This document shows positions 19,180 to 28,973 of a stretch of DNA of 64,000 bases, piece by piece. Where the stretch lies: NCBI GenBank assembly GCA_963665925.1, contig OY762511.1, forward strand, positions 9,327-73,326, written 5' to 3'. The notes beneath the pieces are model-generated. The model was given only the letters and a program-made list of their open reading frames with translations, ran no database searches and was not told where the DNA came from. The number at the start of each line of letters is the position of its first letter. Position 1 is the first letter of the stretch. A program made the translations under genes and the position numbers. Source of the DNA: an uncultured Acidaminobacter sp. GTDB taxonomy: Bacteria; Bacillota; Clostridia; Peptostreptococcales; Acidaminobacteraceae.

Positions 19180-19880
19180 TAGAATCCCTTCCTTTTCACG
19201 ATCATAGTAGACAGATACGGCACATTGCCTGCTTTAAGAACATCAATATCCGTAGTGACCTGCTGAATGTCTGTAGAGCATTTGCTGATCATGACAAACT
19301 TATCGTCAAGACCCTTCTCCTCAAGAATCTCAGCCAGACGCTCACTGTCATGTGAAGGCTTCATAATAACTACATTGTCATAGTGTTCCAGTGCCAGTTC
19401 AGCTGTTTCACAGCCATGCTTTAGCGGAACGATGCCAAATGTTTCTTCCCATAGGGCAAGCGGCAGGTTCTGGTTTGCAGCAACTGCACAGAATGATGTA
19501 ATTCCAGGAATGGTCTCAACTTTTACGCCTTCTTCAAGAAGTGGAAGCAGGTACATGTATGTACTGTATACACCTGGGTCTCCCAGCGTTAGGAATGCTA
19601 CATTCTGACCTTTTGCAACACGCTCTGAAATGATTTCTGCATTTTCTTTCCATGCTTTCATCATGACATCATGATCATGTACCATCGGGAACTCCAGTGT
19701 CAGGATTTCCGTTTCCTTTGGAATATAGCTTTCAGCAATTTCAAAAGCAAAGCTGCCCTTGCCGTTACGTGCTTCAGGGCATACAAGTACATCTGCTGCC
19801 TCAATCGCCTTAATTGCCTTTACTGTTATAAGATCCGGGTCTCCTGGTCCAACACCTATTCCTACAAATTTTCCTGCCAT
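19179..19880 (-). CDS. cbiL: cobalt-precorrin-2 (factor II) C20-methyltransferase
   Basis: GVGPGDPDLIT, LTLGDPGVYSTY. Confidence 0.93.
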   Translation of the reverse strand: MAGKFVGIGVGPGDPDLITVKAIKAIEAADVLVCPEARNGKGSFAFEIAESYIPKETEILTLEFPMVHDHDVMMKAWKENAEIISERVAKGQNVAFLTLGDPGVYSTYMYLLPLLEEGVKVETIPGITSFCAVAANQNLPLALWEETFGIVPLKHGCETAELALEHYDNVVIMKPSHDSERLAEILEEKGLDDKFVMISKCSTDIQQVTTDIDVLKAGNVPYLSTMIVKRKGF

Positions 19881-19891
19881 CGTTTTGCCTC

Positions 19892-20482
19892 CTAAACTTC
19901 CTTCGTTGCCGAAATTATAAAAATTGGATTCATTGCTTCCATAAGCGTTACCGACCCAACAGGTCTTCCGCGCGAAACTTGCATCTGAATCACTTCAAAT
20001 TCACCAAATTTTCTACTTTTGATTGCTTCTGTTGCCTTAGAAAGATTTTCAATCGTTACAATATTTATGACAAGGCGCCCACCAAATTCAAGGTGCTTAT
20101 AGGCATAATCGACGATTTCATCCATTTTTCCGCCTGAACCACCAATGATAATGGCATCGAACTGTGCGTCGGGCAAGTCGTCTGGTGCAAACCCTTCAAT
20201 GGCTGTAATATTATGGGCATCAAAGCGCTTGATATTCTCTCTGAAGACCTCGAGCGCACCTTCATTGCGTTCAATGCCCCACACATGTCCTTGTGGCGCA
20301 CTCAAGGCGCATTCCAGTGTAATGGAACCTGAACCGGCACCTACATCAAGTACCTTTGAGTTCTTTGCCAAGCGCAGCTTGGATAAGGTCACAGCGCGAA
20401 CCTCCGACTTGGTCATGGGTGCCTTCCCTCTATAAAATGCACTGTCCGGAAGACCCGGTCCTTTATATAGCATTCGCGTCAC
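19892..20482 (-). CDS. cbiT: cobalt-precorrin-6B C15-methyltransferase (decarboxylating)
   Basis: PMTKSEVRA, DVGAGSGS. Confidence 0.93.
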   Translation of the reverse strand: MTRMLYKGPGLPDSAFYRGKAPMTKSEVRAVTLSKLRLAKNSKVLDVGAGSGSITLECALSAPQGHVWGIERNEGALEVFRENIKRFDAHNITAIEGFAPDDLPDAQFDAIIIGGSGGKMDEIVDYAYKHLEFGGRLVINIVTIENLSKATEAIKSRKFGEFEVIQMQVSRGRPVGSVTLMEAMNPIFIISATKEV

Positions 20483-21263
20483 CTCTTTTGACCATTTCTT
20501 CTATCTTGTCTGCAAACAAGTCCATAAAGCTTGTCATCGAGCCCAGTCCACACAAGTAGGGAACGACATCGAAGGACGCCTGCCCAAGCACATTTACCCA
20601 GGAATCCTCTTCATCTCCTGCCATATCATTTTGGGCATGGTCACCTGCCACAAGCATAAATGGGATCACGCCCCATTTGATGGATTTATCCATCAGCGGC
20701 ATGGAATGTTCCAAGTTAGGAAAGGATTCAAGTGCAGCGACACGCATGGGCTTGTCCATCATTTCGAAATGAAGCTGAAGACAACTGTATGTCGCATTTG
20801 CAGGGTGATGTGTTCCGTGACCCATCAAAAGCCAGCTTTCAATATGCTCTTCAGCTGCAAGCTTTGACAATTCTTTGTCAAGCGCATCTACAACAGCTGC
20901 GTAGTCCGATTCTTTGTAGAGCAGGGGCTCACCGAGTTCCAGCCTGCCCTTATAATGATGCTTGGCTCTTGATACAGCCCGCTGCATCTTTTCATATTCA
21001 TAGCCAGGCATGATGTGAAGCGGTTGAATCAGGATTTCATCAAAGCCCTCCTGAATCATTTTTTCAAGCGCTTCCTGCTCAGTATCTATATGGAGACTGT
21101 CTCTCTCCTTGAGTTTTTTGATAATCCTTCTTGAAGTAAACGCCTGACGCACTTCATAAGAATCAAATCGTTCAGCTATTTTGCCGTATACCGAATCGAT
21201 GCAGGCTAAACGTGCATCTTCAAAGCTTGTACCGAAGCTGACGACAAGTATTCCTTTTTTCAT
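20463..21263 (-). CDS. cbiK: sirohydrochlorin cobaltochelatase
   Basis: VVSFGTS, GHGTHH, PFMLVAGDHAQND. Confidence 0.95.
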   Translation of the reverse strand: MKKGILVVSFGTSFEDARLACIDSVYGKIAERFDSYEVRQAFTSRRIIKKLKERDSLHIDTEQEALEKMIQEGFDEILIQPLHIMPGYEYEKMQRAVSRAKHHYKGRLELGEPLLYKESDYAAVVDALDKELSKLAAEEHIESWLLMGHGTHHPANATYSCLQLHFEMMDKPMRVAALESFPNLEHSMPLMDKSIKWGVIPFMLVAGDHAQNDMAGDEEDSWVNVLGQASFDVVPYLCGLGSMTSFMDLFADKIEEMVKRGDANAI

Positions 21264-21266
21264 GAC

Positions 21267-21884
21267 TTACTCCTTTTCTATAATCACTACAACCAGATCA
21301 GAAAAAGATTGCGACTCAAGTTCTTCTGGCTTGTAGCTCGTAATTCTCTCATTATTATAGGAAAGATTTTCACCAACATATATCTTCACATTTTCAATAC
21401 CAGATGTCATCAGCGCCTTTGCAATGACCGCCGGTGTATTTATCTGATCTGTTAAAAGACCCACCGTTTCGTAGTCCAAAACAAGCTGTGAAAAATCCAG
21501 TGTCCGTCCGTGGACACTTCCAATATAACTGTTCTGATAAACCTTGCCAATTCGGCTGTACATATATTGAAGGGAGCTGATTCCAGGGATTACTTCAAAC
21601 TGGTCCATTTCAAAATTCTTCTTCAAATAGGACAGAAGACTGAAAAAGCCCGTATCTCCAGAAACCGCCACAGCAATATTTACATAGTCCATATGGCTGC
21701 GTATGATTTCCGGCAATTTTGTAAGCTGGCCTTCAACATGCACCAGGTGCTTTCCGCTATCTTTAAATGGCTCGATGTGCCGCTTGCCGCCAATAATCAT
21801 TTCCGCTTCTTCAAGCGCTGTCTTTGCAGCAGGCAAAACGAAGTCCGGATGTCCAGGTCCCATTCCTACTATTTTAAATTTCAT
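21267..21884 (-). CDS. cbiE: cobalt-precorrin-7 C5-methyltransferase
   Basis: VGMGPG, SGDTGFFS, IPGISS. Confidence 0.92.
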   Translation of the reverse strand: MKFKIVGMGPGHPDFVLPAAKTALEEAEMIIGGKRHIEPFKDSGKHLVHVEGQLTKLPEIIRSHMDYVNIAVAVSGDTGFFSLLSYLKKNFEMDQFEVIPGISSLQYMYSRIGKVYQNSYIGSVHGRTLDFSQLVLDYETVGLLTDQINTPAVIAKALMTSGIENVKIYVGENLSYNNERITSYKPEELESQSFSDLVVVIIEKE

Positions 21885-22996
21885 AATTTAAATCCTTCTT
21901 CCAGGGCAGTCGCATTTTTACAGCGGCCCAGATATCCATGCGCTTTTGTAAAAATGATGGTTCCAACTTCAATTTCTCCGTAGACCCGGTCCGTGCATCT
22001 TCTTGTGATGGCTTCAGCAATTTGGTCAAAGACCTGACTGTATCCCATTTCAAGAATATACTCGACAGCTTCATCGGTTGTACCGCTTGCCATAACTTTC
22101 TCAATGAGCTCGACAGGTGCCTGCGCAAGTGCCAGGTGGGCAGCAAGGGTTTCCATACGGCCATCGGCATATTTGCTATGTGTCTGGAAAATACCAGCCG
22201 CAACCTTCACCATTTTGCCCAGATGACCTACCCATAGGATTTTCTGAACATCTTGACGCTTGGCCTCATCCATCATGAATCCGATGAAATTGCTTGTCTT
22301 GACAAGCTGGCTGTCATCAAGGCCCATTTCACGCGCATAGTCCCTGCCATAATTGCCGGGAGAGTATATGATACTGTGAACATCTTCCTCAGTCAGCATT
22401 TTGAGTTCGATGCGCATCGTCGCCTTAAGCGCGTCCTCTGACATCGGCTCTACAATACCGCTGGTGCCTATAATTGAAAGGCCGCCGACGATTCCCAGTT
22501 TTGGATTGAATGTTTTTTTGGCACGCTCCACACCCTCCGGTGCCGAGATTGTCACCTCAACGGCTGTGTCCGCATTTAATACGGAAGATACCGCCTTGCG
22601 GATCATCTCGCGGGGCACTGGATTGATGGCAGGCTCACCAATGGCTGCTGGCAGGCCTTTTTTTGTGACCGTTCCAATGCCAACGCCGCCCTTCAGTGCA
22701 TAGGCCGTGCTCCATCTGACTTCAGCAAAGACCTTCATGCCATGTGTCACATCTGGATCGTCACCGCCGTCCTTGATAACAGAACATTTGGCATATTCAG
22801 ATGTCAGTTCGACGTCTTCAATCGGAATATCTAGAATCCAACCCTTTGGCGTGTCTATTTCAATATGGCTGAGTGTTTTCTGATATCTCAGCATCCAGGC
22901 GGCGGCTTTTGCAGTTGCTGTCGCACAAGACCCTGTCGTATATCCATACCTCAGCTTTTTTCCATCCTTTTCAATAAACCGCTCCATGCCAGTCAC
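21881..22996 (-). CDS. cbiD: cobalt-precorrin-5B C1-methyltransferase
   Basis: GYTTGSCA, KDGGDDPDVTHG, GGLSIIGTSGIV. Confidence 0.96.
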   Translation of the reverse strand: MTGMERFIEKDGKKLRYGYTTGSCATATAKAAAWMLRYQKTLSHIEIDTPKGWILDIPIEDVELTSEYAKCSVIKDGGDDPDVTHGMKVFAEVRWSTAYALKGGVGIGTVTKKGLPAAIGEPAINPVPREMIRKAVSSVLNADTAVEVTISAPEGVERAKKTFNPKLGIVGGLSIIGTSGIVEPMSEDALKATMRIELKMLTEEDVHSIIYSPGNYGRDYAREMGLDDSQLVKTSNFIGFMMDEAKRQDVQKILWVGHLGKMVKVAAGIFQTHSKYADGRMETLAAHLALAQAPVELIEKVMASGTTDEAVEYILEMGYSQVFDQIAEAITRRCTDRVYGEIEVGTIIFTKAHGYLGRCKNATALEEGFKL

Positions 22997-22999
22997 CTT

Positions 23000-23638
23000 C
23001 TACAGCTGATACAACATTGCATTTATAATTGTCGCCGCAACAGGACTTCCACCTTTTCTGCCACGTACGACAATATAAGGAATATCCATTGTTCTCAGCA
23101 GTTCTTTAGATTCTGCCGCGCCAACAAAGCCAACAGGCACGCCCACGATCAGCGCTGGCTTCACATTGCCCTTCTTAATCTCTTCAATGAGGGTAAAGAG
23201 GGCTGTCGGTGCATTGCCGATTGCGAAAATCTTTGTATTCTCATCCTTACACGCCTTTTCAATTGCAACCATAGAACGTGTAATGCCCTTTTCCTTTGCT
23301 TCAGCCACAACATCTTCATCGTGAACTCTATGGTAGACCTTGCCACCAAATTCACCAAGTTTTCTTTTATTGATGCCTGCCATAACCATATTTGTATCTG
23401 CGTAAATGTCAGCGCCTTCTTTAAGAGCCTTCATCCCCGCTTCCACTGCATCCGGGTGAAACTCCAGCAGGTCAGCGTACTCAAAATCGGCTGTCGTATG
23501 GATTACACGCTTCACAATCGGTGCAGTCCGTTCGTCAAAGTCATGAGGTCCCATTTCTTCAGTAATGATCTCAAAACTTCCTTTTTCAATATCCATCGGT
23601 TTACGCACATAGTTTTCAATCAAGTCTTTATAATCCAT
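23000..23638 (-). CDS. cbiC: cobalt-precorrin-8 methylmutase
   Basis: RVIHTTADFEY, IGNAPTAL, PVGFVGAAESK; start at the ATG after GGAGGG. Confidence 0.96.
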   Translation of the reverse strand: MDYKDLIENYVRKPMDIEKGSFEIITEEMGPHDFDERTAPIVKRVIHTTADFEYADLLEFHPDAVEAGMKALKEGADIYADTNMVMAGINKRKLGEFGGKVYHRVHDEDVVAEAKEKGITRSMVAIEKACKDENTKIFAIGNAPTALFTLIEEIKKGNVKPALIVGVPVGFVGAAESKELLRTMDIPYIVVRGRKGGSPVAATIINAMLYQL

Positions 23639-23649
23639 ATTTCCCTCCA

Positions 23650-23679
23650 AAAATAAAATCCGGCTATAAAAGCCGGATT
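23650..23679 (-). terminator. riboswitch expression-platform terminator ahead of cbiC
   Basis: Minus strand AATCCGGCT-TTTAT-AGCCGGATT then TTATTTTTT, just before the RBS. Confidence 0.75.
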
Positions 23680-23762
23680 CGCGCAATATCATATTTCAAT
23701 CGGAAACAGTAATACTGAAACGCCTCCCAACTCTCACCCTGTAGCTGTTAGAACACAAATTT

Positions 23763-23922
23763 CGTTACAGGCAGGTTTCCTGGCTCGCGTGTCCCCCAAA
23801 TAACGCCTTCCCATCCGTGAAAGCGGACAGTGGATAAATCATTTGGCAACGCTTACAGTAGCAGGGGCTGCATCGGACTCTCACCGAACTTCCCTATTAA
23901 CCCATTACGGGCACCTGTTACG
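23763..23922 (-). ncRNA. cobalamin riboswitch
   Basis: Minus strand AGGTGCCC...TTAATAGGGAAGTTCGGTGAGAGTCCGATGCAGCCCCTGCTACTGTAA...CCACTG...GGGAAGGC...GAGCCAGGAAACCTGCC. Confidence 0.96.
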
Positions 23923-24042
23923 TTTATATCGTTTTCCCGATTATTATATTACATTATTCCTACATGGACAAGGTAAAGCGTAAACCTTGACTGATAAATT
24001 TATACTTAATCCATGTAATATTTCATGCCATTACTTACACGC

Positions 24043-25284
24043 CTATTGCACAGCCTCGTCAATCGTATATTCAACAATTTCTTTTGAACCCTTGAAATCT
24101 TCTCGAATATGGTCTGCTCTACCTGCTGGAACTGTAACTGTCTCAGGATTTCCATCGCTGATAAAGCGCTTCGCTGGATTTTTTCTGTAGTCTTCCAGCC
24201 AGTGGATCATTTGGAAGTCGCCGTCACCCGATTGCACACGCATGATTGCGAGCGGATCGAAGCCCTTATCATACACGGAAACCTCCGGCTTCCACCCAAC
24301 AAGGAGTATTGCCTTGTGATTGTATGCGGTCCCATCAAACGCACCCGCTGTCACCAAATCATACAAAGCCTTGTCCTTAGGTCGCTTTCCAAATGGAAGT
24401 GCAAGGGTGTCGACTGTCCAGCCTTCAATGACCGACTCAATATCTCTGACATTCTTTCCAAGCGTTTTCTGAATACCTTGTGCGTCAAGCTCTGTAAGGT
24501 CCTCATGGCCATAGCTGTGATTTCCCACTTCAAGACCATTTTCAACCAGCCAGTTGAGCTTGTATTCCATGAGCTCCTTCTGCCCAAACGGAACACCCCC
24601 ATTGACAAAGAAGCTGCCTCTGAGTTCCCAGTCGGGATGCGCCTCACTGAAGGCTTTCATAATACCAATCGCACAGTCTGGATCTATGACCTGCGCGCCG
24701 TCCTGATCTATTATGTTGAAGTTGGACTTGTTTCCATCGTCAAAGGTCAGCACAATCGGCGTGTAGCCCGCTGGCGTATTGATGTTACCCGCCACATAGT
24801 CCGACAGGTTAATGGGTCTGAAGCCCATTTCGTAGTAAGTCTCCAAGTCTGCTCTAAAGGCATCTGGCGTTCTCACATACGCGGAGTTCTTACTTCCAAG
24901 ACCGTGATACATCACCACCATGACCTCACCCAGCTCATTGGGTTTATAAAGCTTCAGCTCTTCTTCTGTCAGCCGGCTATCAGAATCTGCTGCTGTTTCA
25001 TCGCTTATCTGATCCGGTTCAGATGCTGAAGCATCACCAGTAATCGCAGAATCACCTTCTGCCTGAGTCTCAATGGCTACATCAACTTCCCCAGTAGCAT
25101 CTGTCTGACCGACTTCTGCCTGGTTGTCCTCAGAACCCTCTTGATTAGAGCTTTCCTCAACCGCCTCAGTCTGTACTTCTTCCGTGCCCGATTCCTTATC
25201 TATAGTAGAGCCGGCCGCTGCACAGCCACTGAAAACCAGCGCTGCCAGGATTACCGACGTCATAAGTATTCTTTTCGTTTGCAT
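24043..25284 (-). CDS. polysaccharide deacetylase family lipoprotein
   Basis: Lipobox LVFSGC, acidic linker, TFDDG and NHSYGH motifs. Confidence 0.85.
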   Translation of the reverse strand: MQTKRILMTSVILAALVFSGCAAAGSTIDKESGTEEVQTEAVEESSNQEGSEDNQAEVGQTDATGEVDVAIETQAEGDSAITGDASASEPDQISDETAADSDSRLTEEELKLYKPNELGEVMVVMYHGLGSKNSAYVRTPDAFRADLETYYEMGFRPINLSDYVAGNINTPAGYTPIVLTFDDGNKSNFNIIDQDGAQVIDPDCAIGIMKAFSEAHPDWELRGSFFVNGGVPFGQKELMEYKLNWLVENGLEVGNHSYGHEDLTELDAQGIQKTLGKNVRDIESVIEGWTVDTLALPFGKRPKDKALYDLVTAGAFDGTAYNHKAILLVGWKPEVSVYDKGFDPLAIMRVQSGDGDFQMIHWLEDYRKNPAKRFISDGNPETVTVPAGRADHIREDFKGSKEIVEYTIDEAVQ

Positions 25285-25425
25285 GATGTCCTCCTATATG
25301 ACTCCATATATTGCTAATTCATTTTACATCGGCAAATGCCATTAGGGAAGAGAATTGCACTTTTGTTACCGTATTTTCACTTATCCTGTGGTATACTGTT
25401 TATGTTTCAATATTAAAAGGAGTGA

Positions 25426-25962
25426 ATGATGATGTTTACGAACAGTACTGACCGCGAAGTTCGTGACAAACTGACATTGATATACATTTTGGCGCGCTTC
25501 AACCTGCCACTTAGCTATCAGCAGCTCACCGAGTTCGTTATGAGCCTTGAGCTGATGAACTATTTCACGATGCTTCAATATATTAACGAAATGCGTGACA
25601 CAGGCCTGATTGAGGAAAATTCTGTGGAAGAAGAAGCCCTTATTATGGTCACAAAAGATGGTCACCGAACACTCAGTATGTTTTCTGAGCGCATTACAGC
25701 GTCGTCGGCTGAAACAATTGAGGCTGCAATCGAAGTTGCAAAATCTAAAATGGCCAAGGAACGACAAATCAAAGCCAATTTCAAACGTATCAGTGAAAAA
25801 GAGTATTCTGTGAAACTCGAAATGCTTGAAGGGGATAATCACCTTATGAACCTTCAGTTTCTGGTCTTCTCACAGGAACGCGCCAAGCAGATTTGCGACT
25901 CATGGAATAAGAACGCACCTAATCTGTACGGCGAACTCATACATCAGATTATCAACGCATAA
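25426..25962 (+). CDS. DUF4364 family protein (winged helix)
   Basis: KLTLIYIL...MNYF..LQ...E and YNELI-like C-terminus as recalled for this family. Confidence 0.75.
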   Translation: MMMFTNSTDREVRDKLTLIYILARFNLPLSYQQLTEFVMSLELMNYFTMLQYINEMRDTGLIEENSVEEEALIMVTKDGHRTLSMFSERITASSAETIEAAIEVAKSKMAKERQIKANFKRISEKEYSVKLEMLEGDNHLMNLQFLVFSQERAKQICDSWNKNAPNLYGELIHQIINA

Positions 25963-26007
25963 GCGGCATACAAGCTTGTCTTTAAACCCAATGCGCTTAA
26001 AACACAG

Positions 26008-26041
26008 AAAAGGCTGGAACAACTACTTGTTCCAGCCTTTT
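26008..26041. terminator. bidirectional terminator
   Basis: AAAAGGCTGGAACAA-CTAC-TTGTTCCAGCCTTTT. Confidence 0.85.
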
Positions 26042-26070
26042 AGACTGTAGAAAAACGCCGAAATTGTGCT

Positions 26071-26547
26071 CTAGCCTGCTGCAATTTCCTCGCTCTTGAC
26101 CTGACCACTTGCTTTTTTGTAAATCTTCATATCCTTGAACATAACCAGTCGGTCATGCTGTGCAATCAATATATGCTTTAAATCTTCCATAGTACAGTCC
26201 TTGATGCGCATGGTCTCATATATGTCGCACAACAGGTCTCTATAGATGATTTCAATGACATCTACGTTTTGCTGTTCCATAAAAGAAGAATCACCGTACA
26301 TGTCCATCATCAACATGCCATTCTCAACAAAAAAATCAATCAGACTTTCCCACTTGTCGCTGTCGTATTCCGCTCTTAAAAATTGGTACATCTGTTCACA
26401 GCCGCCAGAGACTAACAAGTCCTTGATGAAAGGACTTTCCCCCAGTTTGTTCAGCATAATCTCCTTATTGGTGACAAGATCCTGAGAATTATTTGAAAAG
26501 AAATGCGCTTCAAAATAACTGCAAAAGGCTTCCCGATTCATTCGCAC
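26071..26547 (-). CDS. hypothetical protein
   Basis: 158 aa ORF filling the gap, ends at a terminator; no recognised motif. Confidence 0.65.
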   Translation of the reverse strand: MRMNREAFCSYFEAHFFSNNSQDLVTNKEIMLNKLGESPFIKDLLVSGGCEQMYQFLRAEYDSDKWESLIDFFVENGMLMMDMYGDSSFMEQQNVDVIEIIYRDLLCDIYETMRIKDCTMEDLKHILIAQHDRLVMFKDMKIYKKASGQVKSEEIAAG

Positions 26548-26694
26548 CCCCCGTAGTGCTTTATTCTTGATTGAGCTCTTACATATACTACAATCTATTA
26601 TATAGTAATTTTCAGAATTTTCAATTTATAGCGCCTTTTTACACCCATAAAATTCCTAAATAATTCTAAACATCAAATTACACACTACGAAGGT

Positions 26695-27132
26695 CTATAT
26701 GTTTTTCGCATCGGTATAGACACACAGGTATTGATCAAGGCCTGAATCATCCATTTCTTTCACTTCAAAACCCTTCTTTTCAAGATATGAGGCCTCACGT
26801 GCATCCGCTTCCATATACATGGCTGGAATGCGCGTAAAATCCATGACCTTGTCAATCATCCACTTTCCAATGTCGGCACCTCTTTGCTCAGGAACAACAG
26901 CCAAATGGACAAGTTCAAGCTTCTCGTTATCAATTTGCTTAAGACCAATTATGCCCACAACCTGCTCTTCTTTCTCGCAGACGTAGAACAGACCCTGCTG
27001 CTTGGAGTAGAGACTCTGCGCTGCACTTTTCACCTTTCCGTCCGTGGCGCCGTGAATTGCCAGAAACAGGACTTCCTTAATGGTCTTGTCTTCATATATG
27101 TCCATGTGATTTTCAATTTGTATCAATTTCAT
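26695..27132 (-). CDS. GNAT family N-acetyltransferase (RibT-like)
   Basis: HLAVVPEQRGADIG acetyl-CoA motif, YLEKKGF. Confidence 0.75.
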   Translation of the reverse strand: MKLIQIENHMDIYEDKTIKEVLFLAIHGATDGKVKSAAQSLYSKQQGLFYVCEKEEQVVGIIGLKQIDNEKLELVHLAVVPEQRGADIGKWMIDKVMDFTRIPAMYMEADAREASYLEKKGFEVKEMDDSGLDQYLCVYTDAKNI

Positions 27133-27154
27133 GTGTGCCTCCCACTTGCTTTAG

Positions 27155-27658
27155 CTAAAACTTTCCTATTTTATCCTTATTGATTCTGAACGCCTTGCTG
27201 TCAACTGCACGCTGCACCGCAAGTATACCGTCAAGATGATCATACTCGTGCTGGAAGAGCTCAGCAAGATCGTTTTCAAACTCTACAGTTTGCGCCTTTA
27301 GATCTAGGTCCATATAATCGACTCTTATTTTCCTGAACCTGCTCACATAAACCTCAAGACCGGGAAAACTCATACAATCATCCCACAGCTTATATGTATC
27401 ATTTCCAAGGGGTCTAAGTTCCGGGTTTATGAAGGGGATGATTTTGTCATCGTACTTCATGAAGACAATACGATAGGGTTCATCAATTTGAGGTGCAGCA
27501 ATTGCACGGCCATACCCATAACGTTCCTTGAAGCAGTCAATGGTGTCGTGCAGGTCTGCCACTACCTGCTTGGCTTTTTCCAGACTTGTCTCTGTTATTT
27601 CCTGAGACTTTCTATACAGTTTTTCATCTCCCAAAAGGAGAATTTCTCTTACTGCCAT
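27155..27658 (-). CDS. peptide deformylase family protein (variant motifs)
   Basis: AIAAPQI, DDCMSF, FQHEYDHLDGIL. Confidence 0.85.
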   Translation of the reverse strand: MAVREILLLGDEKLYRKSQEITETSLEKAKQVVADLHDTIDCFKERYGYGRAIAAPQIDEPYRIVFMKYDDKIIPFINPELRPLGNDTYKLWDDCMSFPGLEVYVSRFRKIRVDYMDLDLKAQTVEFENDLAELFQHEYDHLDGILAVQRAVDSKAFRINKDKIGKF

Positions 27659-27794
27659 ATGCCCCTCCTTCAGTTCCTGATTTATCGTATATGTACATCT
27701 CATTATAACCTGTTCTCATACAGGACTCAATTTAATGATTTGTAGTGCACGAACACAATTTTTAGGAATAAAAATGGCATTCAGGTAATCTCAC

Positions 27795-27842
27795 AAAAAA
27801 ATCCTGTGAATCGGCTGCATGATGCAGATCTTCACAGGATTT
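27795..27842 (-). terminator. intrinsic terminator
   Basis: AATCCTGTGA...TCACAGGATT stem with an A run on the left (U-tract on the minus strand). Confidence 0.7.
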
Positions 27843-27878
27843 CAACATTTTCATTTTTTTGTTCCATGAGTATTTCGA

Positions 27879-28715
27879 CTAAACTGCAATCATTTTATTT
27901 CTGACATCAAGATGAATAATCGATTTTCTCAGACCATCCAGGGTCTTCGACTCAAGTACAATCCGTTCACAGCTATCGCTGATTCTGTCCATGACCAAAT
28001 CCATGCACAGTTCACCAGTTCCAAGTGGCATATGGTCATTTCCAAAGGCACAGTCATGCAGATGCACGTGCTTAATCGCGCTTTCGTTTTGGAAAACAAA
28101 GACTTGGTCCTGATATTTCCCCTTGATGTTATGGCCAGTATCCCATGTAAGATCGATGTAATCAGATTCAAGAAGCAGCGCAACGCCTTCCTGAATGAAA
28201 TCATGATGAAAATCGCAGGCGTTTTCAACACACAGCTTGATGTCTGTTCCTTCAAGACACTTTTCAACATGGTCTCTGAAGACTGTAACATGCTTTAAGT
28301 AATCTTCCTTATAAGCCTTTTGCAAATACACTTTCTCCGTTGGGTGCGTGAAAAAAGTCCCCGTGTGCATATGCATGTTCAGCACTTTGATCTGGTTTTC
28401 TTTTGCGAAATCTGCCGCTTCAGCGAAAATCTCAAATGCGGCGCTTCGCATACGTGCGTTAAAATCTGCGAAACAAAAATTCTCAGGCAAATGCATTGTA
28501 AGGTCTACCACATACTTTTCCTTAAGTTTTGACACGTTCAAGGTGTTTAAAGCTTCTACCTGATATTCAGGCACATTCATATTGAGTTCAAGAAAATCCA
28601 GCCCCAGCGTCCGGCATATCTTCATGTTGTTTTCAAGACCCTCAATTTCAATTAATGTTGGCATACCGTACTTCATCCAAAACACCCCATTCTTCCTATC
28701 TGTGTCAAAGCCCAT
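27879..28715 (-). CDS. sugar phosphate isomerase/epimerase (AP endonuclease 2 TIM barrel)
   Basis: MHLP, LCVEN, TWDTGH, HVHLHD, DHMPLG, VLE metal motifs. Confidence 0.8.
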   Translation of the reverse strand: MGFDTDRKNGVFWMKYGMPTLIEIEGLENNMKICRTLGLDFLELNMNVPEYQVEALNTLNVSKLKEKYVVDLTMHLPENFCFADFNARMRSAAFEIFAEAADFAKENQIKVLNMHMHTGTFFTHPTEKVYLQKAYKEDYLKHVTVFRDHVEKCLEGTDIKLCVENACDFHHDFIQEGVALLLESDYIDLTWDTGHNIKGKYQDQVFVFQNESAIKHVHLHDCAFGNDHMPLGTGELCMDLVMDRISDSCERIVLESKTLDGLRKSIIHLDVRNKMIAV

Positions 28716-28973
28716 CCGGTTAAATTAAACCTATGTTAACAGACGTATAATCATACGGATAGTAGATAATCAATACTGTAATAATACTGTAATATTTATT
28801 TTATAAGCTTAACACTTATTTTAATTAAGTTCAAAGCCTTTTTTCTTATTTTTGTTCGATTGTGCATGTATTATTATGCATCTTATTCGTACTGAATGCA
28901 TACACTTACACATTTTGGTATGAAAATACCAAGACAATTCCCCTTCCCAGACAAAGGAAAAAACCAGGTCAAA

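Noticed and set aside
24109-25029. 306-aa plus-strand ORF, and similar antisense ORFs such as 22865-23656, 35220-35870, 49764-50381 and 52329-52952
   Set aside because: They are shadows of well-supported genes on the opposite strand, with no motifs or RBS.
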